Positions 1 to 8,320 of a DNA stretch of 32,000 nt are shown here, piece after piece. Position numbers and translations under genes: made by a program. The notes below the pieces were generated by a model. The model was not told the origin of the DNA and ran no database searches. It worked only from the letters and a program-made list of their open reading frames with translations. Source of the stretch: an archaeon (GTDB lineage: Archaea > Iainarchaeota > Iainarchaeia > Iainarchaeales > CSSED10-239); the NCBI GenBank assembly GCA_041677685.1, contig JBAYPN010000007.1, forward strand, positions 2,954 through 34,953. Reading direction: 5' to 3'. Numbering within the stretch: the first letter of the stretch is position 1; each line of letters opens with the position of its first letter.

Positions 1-1393
1 TTTTTAGATCATGTAAAATTGAGATTGCTGTTCCACCTTTAGGATCTGTGTCTAATTTAGTTAAAATAACGCCTGTAACTCCAATCTCTTTATCAAATTT
101 CTCAATTTGTTCAACAATTGCTTGTCCACTTTGAGATTCTGCAATGTAAATTGTAAGGTGTGGCTTTACAACTCTTTTTATCTTTGAAAGCTCCCGCATT
201 AAGTTGATGTTTGTGTCTTGTCTGCCAGCAGTGTCTATTAAAACAACATCATTGCCATGTGCTTTAGCAGAGGCAACAGAATCAAAAGCAACTGCAGCAG
301 GGTCAGAGCCATATTTCTGCTTAATAATTTTAACTCCTAATCTTTGAGAATGAATTTCAAGTTGGTCAATACTTCCTGCTCTAAAGGTATCTGAGGAAGA
401 AAGAACAACAGATTTGTTTTCTTTTTTAAACTTGTTTGCAAGTTTTGCAATTGTTGTTGTTTTTCCAGCACCATTAGGCCCAATTATTAGAACTATTAAT
501 GGCCCTTGTAAACTTTCTTTAGGAAGATAGTTATTAATATCACAATCAACATCTAAAAGATTTAAAAGAGCTTTTTTAATTTCTGTTTTTATGTCTTCAA
601 GAAGATTGTTTTTAGAAAAAGAAGACTTTGTTAAATTTTCTTTTAAACTAGAAATGATTGCTGATGCTGAATCAATGGAAACATCTGCTTCTAACAATGA
701 GAATTCAAAATCCTCTAAAAAATCAGTAATTTCTTTTTCTGAAAGTTTTATTTTTGAGGAGAAGATTGATTTAAGTTTGCTTACATTTCTTGTCTTTATT
801 TCTTTTTGTTCTCTTGTTAGGTCTTGATATTCTTTTGAAGAACTTGAATCATCTTCTATCTTTCTAGTAACTGTCTCTAGATCTCTTTTAGAAAGAGAAG
901 TTCCTGCAGGAGCTTTCTCTTCTACTCTCAAAGTCTCTTTTATAATTTTTGGTTCTGAGGAAGTTTGTGGTTTAGAAATAATTTTTTCAATTTCTTTTTC
1001 AGGTTCTATTTTCTTTTCAAAACTTTCTTCTTTTTTAAAAATAGGTTTTTTAAAGAATTCCTCTTTATTAGGGATGTCTTCTTTTATTTTCTCAACAGGT
1101 TTTTCTAATTCTCTAAATTCTTTATCAATTACTTTTTCATCTAAAATTGTATCTTTTAATTCTGATTTTACATCTTTAATAGGTAAATCTTTTTCTAAGG
1201 TTTTTGGCATTTTTGTTTCTTGAGGTCTTTCAACATCTTGAGTCTCTAAATTTTCTTGTTTCTTTACTTCTTCAACTTTTTGGATCTTAGTTTCTAACTC
1301 TTCTTTAGTTTTAACTTCTTCAACCTTCTCTTGAGATTTTCCAAAGACCTTATCAGTAAATCCTTTTATTTTCTTTTTTAATAATCCAAACAT
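1..1393 (-). CDS. ftsY: Signal recognition particle receptor FtsY (3' end of the gene lies beyond the window edge)
   Basis: The minus-strand frame is open from the ATG (cat at 1391-1393) to position 1. It is absent from the ORF track because no stop lies inside the window. My translation gives a K/E-rich N-terminal region, then the SRP-GTPase motifs GPNGAGKTTT, DTAGR and TKLD. It follows pfdA as in the conserved archaeal cluster. Confidence 0.9.
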   Translation of the reverse strand, partial: MFGLLKKKIKGFTDKVFGKSQEKVEEVKTKEELETKIQKVEEVKKQENLETQDVERPQETKMPKTLEKDLPIKDVKSELKDTILDEKVIDKEFRELEKPVEKIKEDIPNKEEFFKKPIFKKEESFEKKIEPEKEIEKIISKPQTSSEPKIIKETLRVEEKAPAGTSLSKRDLETVTRKIEDDSSSSKEYQDLTREQKEIKTRNVSKLKSIFSSKIKLSEKEITDFLEDFEFSLLEADVSIDSASAIISSLKENLTKSSFSKNNLLEDIKTEIKKALLNLLDVDCDINNYLPKESLQGPLIVLIIGPNGAGKTTTIAKLANKFKKENKSVVLSSSDTFRAGSIDQLEIHSQRLGVKIIKQKYGSDPAAVAFDSVASAKAHGNDVVLIDTAGRQDTNINLMRELSKIKRVVKPHLTIYIAESQSGQAIVEQIEKFDKEIGVTGVILTKLDTDPKGGTAISILHDLK

Positions 1394-1576
1394 AATTTAT
1401 CACTAATAATTTGTAAGATAATAATCTACAATCTTAATAATAATTAATAGAACAAAAGCTTTTAAGTAAATACCTTTTTCTAATGTGTTAGTATAAAAGA
1501 TATAAGATTAATTATTTGTAAAAAAAAAGATAGCAAGAAATAGTTATAAAAAAAGAAATTGAAAAAAATTAAAAAA

Positions 1577-2047
1577 TTAATTAACAAGTCCTTTTTGGGA
1601 CTCAGTTGCTTTTTGGGCTTCCATTTGTTCAATTGCTTTTGAGACTTGCTGAATAGTTCTTACATTATTTTGATAACTTTCAACAAACTTTTTTCTAATG
1701 TCTGTTAGTTCATCTTTTCTTTTTCTAATGTCTGCTAAAATAAGGTCAGTATCTTTGTCAACAATAATGTTACCAGGCAATGTTATTTTCACATCTTTTT
1801 TGTTTTCTATAATACAATTTACTAACACTCCAGCACCAATATTTACAAGTAAACTTTCTTTATCCTTAATGTTTTTAATTTCAGTTAAGGTTTGTTCTGC
1901 TTTTCTAATCTCCAATAACAAGTTATCAATTTCTTCTAATTTGTCTGAAATCTTTTTTAATTCTTGTTCTTTAGATCTATATAATGAGATTGTTTGTTCT
2001 TTATTTAGTCTGATCTTTTTAACATCTTTTCCTTTTTCTGCTACCAT
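1577..2047 (-). CDS. pfdA: Prefoldin alpha subunit
   Basis: 156 aa with a coiled coil, a central beta-hairpin region (LLVNIGAGVLVNCIIENKKDVKITLPGNIIV) and a second coiled coil. Its position between aIF6 and ftsY is conserved in archaea. Confidence 0.8.
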   Translation of the reverse strand: MVAEKGKDVKKIRLNKEQTISLYRSKEQELKKISDKLEEIDNLLLEIRKAEQTLTEIKNIKDKESLLVNIGAGVLVNCIIENKKDVKITLPGNIIVDKDTDLILADIRKRKDELTDIRKKFVESYQNNVRTIQQVSKAIEQMEAQKATESQKGLVN

Positions 2048-2083
2048 AAAATATCACCTTAATTTTTTAATAGTTGCATAACC

Positions 2084-2749
2084 TTATAGCTCAACTACAA
2101 GACTATCAACCTTTTGTAACTCAATATTACTTGTGTTCGCACCAACAAGTAAGCCCTTAGAGTTACCAACAACATCATTTCCAACAAATGAACCCCCATA
2201 GTTTAGGGTAGTTGCAATTCCTGGAACTTTAAATTTCTTTTGTAAATATTTATATTCTTTTTCAGAGATAGAAGGATTTACTAAAAATAAAGAATCATTT
2301 ACATAAACTGAGCTACCAGGTAAGTCAAGTTCCACACATTGTTTTTTCTCAATTGGAACCTTTAAGAATTTAGAAATTTCTTTAATTGTAGTGTCTGATA
2401 ATAATGGAGAAGCAATTCCATAATTTGAATTAAGAGCAATTAGGTTTCCTAAAGCATTATAGTCAGTTACAAATTTTAATTTAAAACCTTCTTTTTCTAA
2501 TATTTTTAATTCATAATTACTAATTGATTCTGCACCTATAACTAGCTTATACTTAATACCAATAGCATATACTCCTAGTAAAGGGGATTGATTAATATTT
2601 ATTTTAACAACTTTTGCATCTAAATATTCTTTAAAGATCTTTTCTTCTTTTGGAAATATATTGTTTGGAACTAAACAAACCTCATCATTACAATAGGAAT
2701 TAACTCCTAGGTAAGGGGAGTTATTTATTCTTGCTTTTTTTATTCTCAT
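2084..2749 (-). CDS. eif6: Translation initiation factor 6 (aIF6)
   Basis: 221 aa with eIF6-type pentameric repeat signatures (SPYLGV, SPLLGVY, ALGNLIALN, GIASPLL, GSFVGNDVVGNSKGLLVG). Its ATG overlaps the eL31 stop (ATGA at 2746-2749). Confidence 0.9.
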   Translation of the reverse strand: MRIKKARINNSPYLGVNSYCNDEVCLVPNNIFPKEEKIFKEYLDAKVVKININQSPLLGVYAIGIKYKLVIGAESISNYELKILEKEGFKLKFVTDYNALGNLIALNSNYGIASPLLSDTTIKEISKFLKVPIEKKQCVELDLPGSSVYVNDSLFLVNPSISEKEYKYLQKKFKVPGIATTLNYGGSFVGNDVVGNSKGLLVGANTSNIELQKVDSLVVEL

Positions 2750-3348
2750 TTTATTTGTTCCTTATTTTCTTTTGTTTCTTTTTTAATTTCTGGTTTCTCT
2801 TCAGCAGATTTTTCTTCAGTAAATTTTTCTGTAACAACTTCTTTAGCAGAACTTTTATTTTCTTTTGTTTCTAAATCTTTTTTTATTTCTAGCGGAACAG
2901 TTTCTTTAAGATCAGTTTCTTTTTTAGGTTTGGATACAGGAATCTCTACTTTTGCTTCAGTTTTTCCTTTCTTGTCTGCCTTTGGACCCTCTTGTATGTT
3001 TTCTTTAATTTCAGTTACTTTTTCTTTTAAAGATTTCTTTTTAACTTCATTTTGTTTGTTAAAGAAAGTTTCTATTTCTTTTGATCCTTTTAAAAAAACA
3101 TAAACCTTATTTTCTTTGATTCTAATGGACACTGGAATCTGTCTTGGAGGTTTTTCTATACTTTTACTCCAAATAAATTCATTAACTTCTTTTGTTAGAA
3201 TAACATCTTCTTTTTCTTTTCTTGTATGCTTACGTAAAAAATCAAAAATCAAGCTAACAGCAACATTTGCTCTTCTGGTTCTTGGTTTGTCATAAGCTTT
3301 TTGTAATGGTATTATATAACTTTCTTGTGGCATAAATTTCACTCTCAT
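2746..3348 (-). CDS. rpl31e: Ribosomal protein eL31 with a ~110-aa K/E-rich C-terminal extension
   Basis: The N-terminal ~90 aa match the eL31 core (YIIPLQKAY...PRTRRANVAV...FIWSKSIEKPPRQIPVSIRI). The remainder is low-complexity K/E/T. The start overlaps the eL39 stop (ATGA). Confidence 0.85.
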   Translation of the reverse strand: MRVKFMPQESYIIPLQKAYDKPRTRRANVAVSLIFDFLRKHTRKEKEDVILTKEVNEFIWSKSIEKPPRQIPVSIRIKENKVYVFLKGSKEIETFFNKQNEVKKKSLKEKVTEIKENIQEGPKADKKGKTEAKVEIPVSKPKKETDLKETVPLEIKKDLETKENKSSAKEVVTEKFTEEKSAEEKPEIKKETKENKEQIK

Positions 3349-3662
3349 TTTTTAATAAACTTTTTAGGAATTACAGTTGTGTTTCTTGTTCTAACTTTCT
3401 TCTTTGAAGTTAGTTTAAGCTTCTTTGTTCTCTTTCCACTTTTCTTTGTGTTTTTATCTTTAAGAACTTCTTGCTTTAAAACTAATGCTCTATACTGAGC
3501 ACCAAACTCTGTTTCTCTCCAATTCCTTTTTTGTCTTCTATTCCAGATTCTTTTTCCTGCTTTTTGTATGATCCAAACAGGAGTATTCATATAACCTGGA
3601 CCTATTTTTTGTCTTTGAGAAATTAAAAATTCTTTTAATTCTCTATCTTTGTTTCTTGCCAT
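3345..3662 (-). CDS. rpl39e: Ribosomal protein eL39 with a ~50-aa basic C-terminal extension
   Basis: The N-terminal ~53 aa (MARNK...TPVWIIQKAGKRIWNRRQKRNWRETEF) resemble archaeal L39e, which is normally about 51 aa. A K/R-rich tail follows. The stop is TGA, overlapping the eL31 start. Confidence 0.8.
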   Translation of the reverse strand: MARNKDRELKEFLISQRQKIGPGYMNTPVWIIQKAGKRIWNRRQKRNWRETEFGAQYRALVLKQEVLKDKNTKKSGKRTKKLKLTSKKKVRTRNTTVIPKKFIKK

Positions 3663-3690
3663 AAATATCTTAACCTCAAAAATAATAAAT

Positions 3691-4275
3691 TTAATTCTTC
3701 TTTTCAGAATCTACTTTTTTTAATTTGTCATTATTTTCTTTATCAACCTTAGTTTCTTCTTTTCTAGTTTCTTCTTTATTAACATCTGTCTTTGAAACTT
3801 CTTTTTTAATTTTTATTTCAATTTTTGGTACAATAGTTTCTTTCTTAGAAGAATGTTCTTTAAAAACAATACCAGCTAAAGAATCTAAATATTTTTGTCC
3901 TTGTGGAGTAATTACTCTCCCCTTCTTATCATCAGAGATTTTTATGTACCCTAATTTACCAAGTTCTTGTAAACAAACTCTAATGATCTTTCCACCAGAT
4001 CTTCTAAATTTAGAAGGTCTAACTCCTCTTTCTTTCTTACCACCATAATATGATCTTAATGACTTAACAGTTACTGGTCCTGAAACATAAACCTTTCTTA
4101 AAATAGAACCCATTCTAATAAACCACCAATCTGGGTTATCAGGAGCTCTTTGTCTATGACTTCCTGTCTTTATAAATAAAGTAAACTCAGGTGCTTTTAA
4201 TTTTTTATTTTCTTTTAAATCATTTGCAATTTTTTCAATTAATGGATGTGCTAAAACATCTTGAACACTTGTCAA
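3691..4275 (-). CDS. rps19e: Ribosomal protein eS19 with a ~50-aa K/E-rich C-terminal extension
   Basis: S19e core motifs are present: PEFTLFIKTGSHRQRAPDNPDWWFIRMGSILRKVYVSGPVTV, YGGKKERGVRPSKF, GGKIIRVCLQELGKLGYI, GRVITPQGQKYLD. Confidence 0.9.
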   Translation of the reverse strand: MTSVQDVLAHPLIEKIANDLKENKKLKAPEFTLFIKTGSHRQRAPDNPDWWFIRMGSILRKVYVSGPVTVKSLRSYYGGKKERGVRPSKFRRSGGKIIRVCLQELGKLGYIKISDDKKGRVITPQGQKYLDSLAGIVFKEHSSKKETIVPKIEIKIKKEVSKTDVNKEETRKEETKVDKENNDKLKKVDSEKKN

Positions 4276-4474
4276 AGTTACTCACCTCATAATAAATATC
4301 TGTTCATAATAACTTTTCAAAATTATTTTGTAATTTTAAAAACAGACTTGTTTTATTTTTTTGAAATTTTCTTAATTATCTATTTTTTTGATTTTTTTTA
4401 TAATTAATATATAATATAAGTAGAGTTCTATTTAAATATGTTTCTTTAGCAAACTTAATGAAAATCACAACTCT

Positions 4475-4786
4475 TTAAATTGCAATTTTTTTAATATTGC
4501 CACAAGATAAACAATTTATTTTAATATACTTTCTATAAATTCCGTTTACTTTTCTTCTTTCTGTTCTAATCTTAGTGTTTTCTATATTCCTTATAGAGTT
4601 GCATTTTTTACATACCTTTCTATGTATCTCTTTTGGAACCCTATAATTGATTGTTTTTGCAAGTTTAAAACTTAACTTCACATAATCATAGACATAAGGG
4701 TTTGGTTTGTCTGAATTGAATTCAGAAACTGCAAAGTCAACTAAATAATGAACTTTATCTTTAATTAGTTGTTTATTTTTAGACAT
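4475..4786 (-). CDS. rnp4: RNase P protein component 4 (Rpp21/Rpr2 family zinc ribbon)
   Basis: Starting at Met26 of the track ORF (cat at 4784-4786) gives 103 aa with an Rpr2-like layout: a helical N-terminus, then VCKKCNS...x25...NCLSCGN (a 4-Cys zinc ribbon in a basic context). The longer track ORF runs into tRNA-Gly. Confidence 0.7.
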   Translation of the reverse strand: MSKNKQLIKDKVHYLVDFAVSEFNSDKPNPYVYDYVKLSFKLAKTINYRVPKEIHRKVCKKCNSIRNIENTKIRTERRKVNGIYRKYIKINCLSCGNIKKIAI

Positions 4787-4803
4787 AATATCATAGATAA
4801 TTA

Positions 4804-4875
4804 TGCACTCGCCGGGATTCGAACCCGAGCCGAAAGCTTGGCAAGCTCCCATACTAACCACTATACTACGAGTGC
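4804..4875 (-). tRNA. tRNA-Gly (anticodon GCC)
   Basis: The reverse complement GCACTCGTAGTATAGTGGTTAGTATGGGAGCTTGCCAAGCTTTCGGCTCGGGTTCGAATCCCGGCGAGTGCA folds by hand into a cloverleaf. The acceptor is GCACTCG/CGAGTGC, the anticodon loop is TTGCCAA, and the T arm is TCGGG-TTCGAAT-CCCGG. No CCA is encoded. Confidence 0.9.
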
Positions 4876-4978
4876 TTTTTTGTTTTTTATATTTATATTC
4901 TAAGTTAATATATATAACTATATTAAATTAAATTTATAAATGGTTTAGATTAAGAATTGTAATTTAAAAAATTTTAAA

Positions 4979-6856
4979 TTATTTATTTGGGTTATCAGAA
5001 ATTACAAAGCTATCATTATAATAATTATTTTTTAAAGAGTTGTGTATTTTTTGTTTAATTATCTCTTCTTTTGGTTTTTCTGGTTTTTTTGGTTTTAAGA
5101 TTATTATTAAAAATATTATTATGAAAAAAACACCTATTATTATATATATTAAAATATTATTTATTTTAGGTTTATCACTTGCATCTTCAATTTCTTCTTT
5201 AAAATCTTTCCAAACATCATTACCATCCTCAACAGGAAGATTTTGATTATTTCCAACAACTAAATTTTCTTTTTCATAATTTTCGTCTACAACAATTTTG
5301 TCTGAATAGATTGTGATCTTATTTTCATAATCATAATCTCCTGATATCTTATAACTAAAAAAACCTTCTAAAAAAGAACCTATTTCCTTTTCAAAATTAA
5401 TAATTTTATTAGGCTCTATGTCAACTGTCTGGTTAGACACCTCATTGTTGATATTAAAATCAAAAATTAAATTTTTATTTTCAAGAGTATGATTGATTAT
5501 GTCTTGCTCCATAAATAAAGAATTGTCTTTAAAATAAAAAATTGGGTCTAAGATAAAAAAAGCATCCTCATAAAGACCTTGATCAGGATACACATTTACA
5601 GAACCCTCAAAGTCCTTAAATTGAGTTGCAAGAATATATGGGTAGCTTACAGGCACTTCTGTTTTTGGAAGAATATAATAATAGATTATTTCTTTTTCTT
5701 CTAATGGTCCTAAATAGATTATAACTTCATTATATTTTGGATAGATTTGTGTAAAGTTATCATTTGTTTTTAAAATTAAAAGATTAGTAATTGGATTTAC
5801 ATTTGTGTTTTTTACCTTAACTTTAATTGTAAAAGCACTATTTTGTTTATATTTTTTTTCAGAAACTAAATTGATGTTTAAGACGTTTGCATAACCATTA
5901 TCTGAATAACTTCTTTGATCATTAATTAGAAAAGAATTATTTTTCTCTCCAAAGCTTATATCAACTGTGTTTGTTGTAGTGACTATGTCTTTAATATCAC
6001 TTGCATCATATGATTTTGAGACAACAATGTGGCTTGCATCAACTAAACCTACCTCTCCATAAGTAGGGTCAACTGGTATCCAGTCTTGCCCAGGAACATA
6101 CACCTCTAACCAAGCATGTGGTTGCCAACTAAGAGTACTGTTTGCAAATCCTGAGATATACTTTACAGGAAAGCCCCTTGCCCTAAGCAATGCTCCTGCC
6201 AAATTTGCAAGCTCATCACAAACTCCTGCCCTGTTTGACAACACTGTTAATGAGTCTTCCACGCTCTCTCCATAAGCTAAATCATACTCTATATTTTGGT
6301 GTACCCAATTGGTAATGTTTACAATTTCTTCTAAAGCATTATCACTTCTACTAATTGAATTTGCAAGAGAAATAATTTCACTTTTATCAGATTGCATGTT
6401 TTTAGTTGGGAGTTTATAATCCACAAACTCATTAATGTCATTTGAAAGATAATATTCATTTTTAGAAAAGATAATATTATTTTCTGACTTGATGTTAGAG
6501 TTTACATAAAAAATATATTTGTTTTTCTCAATTTTGGAGATATTAAAAACTGCTATGGAGTTTCCAAACTTGTCTTCTTCAATTTCAGCAAACACCTTTT
6601 GATTTAGGTCATTATAATAATATGCAGAAGTAGTTGATTTTTGATTTCTTGAACTATAAGGAACTGCCATTTTAAAATTTAGATAATTTCCCTCCTTATA
6701 ACTGTTTATAATTATTGGATATTCAATGTTTATGTCAACATCGATAACTTTGCCTTTAATTGCATCAAAATTTAAATTATTTGTTGTCTCTGCACTTATA
6801 GATAAAGGAATTATTAATAAAAGAAGGATTATTAAAAGAATTTTTTTATACAACAT
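4979..6856 (-). CDS. Exported transglutaminase-like (Cys-His-Asp) domain protein with a C-terminal membrane anchor
   Basis: It has an N-terminal signal-like segment (LLIILLLLIIPLSISA). The transglutaminase-core motif is GVCDELANLAGALLRARGFPVKYISG...QPHAWLEVYVPGQDWIPVDPT. A C-terminal TM helix is followed by a K/P-rich tail. Confidence 0.75.
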   Translation of the reverse strand: MLYKKILLIILLLLIIPLSISAETTNNLNFDAIKGKVIDVDINIEYPIIINSYKEGNYLNFKMAVPYSSRNQKSTTSAYYYNDLNQKVFAEIEEDKFGNSIAVFNISKIEKNKYIFYVNSNIKSENNIIFSKNEYYLSNDINEFVDYKLPTKNMQSDKSEIISLANSISRSDNALEEIVNITNWVHQNIEYDLAYGESVEDSLTVLSNRAGVCDELANLAGALLRARGFPVKYISGFANSTLSWQPHAWLEVYVPGQDWIPVDPTYGEVGLVDASHIVVSKSYDASDIKDIVTTTNTVDISFGEKNNSFLINDQRSYSDNGYANVLNINLVSEKKYKQNSAFTIKVKVKNTNVNPITNLLILKTNDNFTQIYPKYNEVIIYLGPLEEKEIIYYYILPKTEVPVSYPYILATQFKDFEGSVNVYPDQGLYEDAFFILDPIFYFKDNSLFMEQDIINHTLENKNLIFDFNINNEVSNQTVDIEPNKIINFEKEIGSFLEGFFSYKISGDYDYENKITIYSDKIVVDENYEKENLVVGNNQNLPVEDGNDVWKDFKEEIEDASDKPKINNILIYIIIGVFFIIIFLIIILKPKKPEKPKEEIIKQKIHNSLKNNYYNDSFVISDNPNK

Positions 6857-7019
6857 ACATTACTTAATAACACATAACATTTAAAAATAAAAGCAATGTA
6901 AATAATATGTATATATATATATTTTAAAATTATATAGTTATTGTGTAATTTTATATTCTGTGTGATAACAGATATAATTTATAAAAAATATAATTTAAAA
7001 AATAAAAATAAGGTCAAAT

Positions 7020-7667
7020 ATGGATAGAGGTAAACTTACATATATTCTTCTAATAGGAATTATTTTAATATCAATAATTTTAGCAATAGTTGCTTATCCT
7101 AAATTACCTGCAAAAATAGCATCCCATTGGAACCAAAAGGGAATTGTTGATGACTATATGCCAAAAGCAGTTGGGGTCTTTTTAGTTCCATTTATTTTAA
7201 TTATTTTATTTTTATTTTATCTAGTTATTCCAAAGGTTGACCCACTAAAGAAAAACATAATTAAATTTAAATTACAATTTGATAATTTTATAGTTTTGCT
7301 TTTTTTGTTTATGTTATATATTTTAGTATTATTAATCTTATATAATCTAGGAGTAATTTTTAATTTCTCTAAGTTTATGATTCCTGCCTTTGCTGTAATT
7401 GTTTATTCTGCTGGAATACTTATTAAGAAATCTAAAAGGAATTGGTTTATTGGAATTAAGACACCTTGGACTTTACATAATGATATGGTTTGGAATAAAA
7501 CACATAGGCTTGCAAGTATTTTGTTTAAGGTTTCAGGAATTATTATCTTTATTGGTTTATTCTTATATGAGTATGCATATTCTTTCTTTTTCTTAACTAT
7601 TATTTTAGCTACAATAGTTCCAATCATCTATTCTTATGTTCTATATTATAAAATTGAAAATAAATAG
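7020..7667 (+). CDS. SdpI/DUF1648-like polytopic membrane protein
   Basis: 215 aa with about 6 hydrophobic helices. The N-terminal motif PAKIASHWNQKGIVDDYMPK resembles the DUF1648 signature and the remainder resembles SdpI-type immunity proteins. Recognition is by eye only. Confidence 0.55.
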   Translation: MDRGKLTYILLIGIILISIILAIVAYPKLPAKIASHWNQKGIVDDYMPKAVGVFLVPFILIILFLFYLVIPKVDPLKKNIIKFKLQFDNFIVLLFLFMLYILVLLILYNLGVIFNFSKFMIPAFAVIVYSAGILIKKSKRNWFIGIKTPWTLHNDMVWNKTHRLASILFKVSGIIIFIGLFLYEYAYSFFFLTIILATIVPIIYSYVLYYKIENK

Positions 7668-7670
7668 GAG

Positions 7671-7743
7671 TGGTCCTGGACGGGTTCGAACCGTCGATCC
7701 TCGCCTTGTAAGGGCGATATCATAACCACTAGACCACAGGACC
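7671..7743 (-). tRNA. tRNA-Val (anticodon TAC)
   Basis: The reverse complement is GGTCCTGTGGTCTAGTGGTTATGATATCGCCCTTACAAGGCGAGGATCGACGGTTCGAACCCGTCCAGGACCA. The acceptor is GGTCCTG/CAGGACC, the anticodon stem is TCGCC/GGCGA with loop CTTACAA, and the T loop is TTCGAAC. Confidence 0.9.
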
Positions 7744-7959
7744 AATATCTTTTTGTAAATTTAAAAAAAGACATCTAATAAAGATTTATGAAAGAAAAGA
7801 AATAAAAAGGTTATTGCTGTTTTTTTAAAAGAGAAGTTATAAGATTTATTATTTATAAATCTAAAAACTTAAAATTATAGGTTTTTTGTAATCAAAAAGA
7901 AAAGTAAAAGATATGAAAATATTTATAAATAGTTATTAGTATTAATATATAAGTTATGT

Positions 7960-8151
7960 GGGGACATAGGGTAGTCCGGTCTAGCCTAACAGGCTCCAGA
8001 CATCACATTTCCTATAAAGCAAGATGCTTTTTAAAAGCAGATGATTGAAAGATAAACAAGTTTGTTTAATTTAAATTTTTTTAGAAGAATTTAAAATTAA
8101 AGGGAATTTGGGAGAAACTTGTTGACCCGGGTTCAAATCCCGGTGTCCCCA
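7960..8151 (+). tRNA. tRNA-Trp (anticodon CCA) interrupted by a ~117-nt intron at the canonical 37/38 position
   Basis: The 5' exon is 7960-7999 (GGGGACA acceptor, D arm, anticodon stem ACAGG, loop CTCCAG). The 3' exon is 8117-8151 (A, CTTGT, TGAC, CCGGG-TTCAAAT-CCCGG, TGTCCCC, A). A BHB-like geometry is visible: the 4-bp helix CTCC (7994-7997)/GGAG (8111-8114) is flanked by the 3-nt bulges AGA (7998-8000) and AAA (8115-8117). Confidence 0.85.
8000..8116 (+). other. tRNA-Trp intron (archaeal bulge-helix-bulge type); boundaries inferred to within 1 nt
   Basis: This sequence lies between the two anticodon-stem strands. Removing it gives a 75-nt mature tRNA with anticodon loop CTCCAGA. Confidence 0.75.
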
Positions 8152-8320
8152 TAACTTTTTTAAAAAATCTTTTTTACAAATAAAAAATAATTTTCTTTTT
8201 CTAAATAATATAGATTATAAAGACTATAATTAGATTATAGATTAACAAGTATTTATTTATAAAAATAGATTGATAATCATTAAATATTTTAAAAAAAATA
8301 AAAAAAGAAAAAATGTAAAA

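Noticed and set aside
591-827. 78-aa plus-strand ORF
   Set aside because: It lies entirely antisense to the well-supported ftsY frame. Its low-complexity S/F/L composition is typical of the mirror frame of K/E-rich genes.
1698-2081. 127-aa plus-strand ORF
   Set aside because: It is antisense to prefoldin alpha. AAR/GAR-rich genes give stop-free YTT/YTC antisense frames, and it has no motifs.
4787-4861. N-terminal 25 codons of the track ORF 4475-4861 (GTG start)
   Set aside because: This stretch is the reverse complement of tRNA-Gly read as protein (MVSMGACQAFGSGSNPGEC). The Rpp21-like gene most plausibly starts at the ATG at 4784-4786.
8038-8068. Canonical box C/D motifs inside the tRNA-Trp intron
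   Set aside because: Only AGATGA/TTGA-like degenerate elements are present. There is no CTGA, and the sequence following the guide-like ACAAGTTT is TTTA rather than a D' box. I therefore report the complementarity but do not call a C/D RNA.
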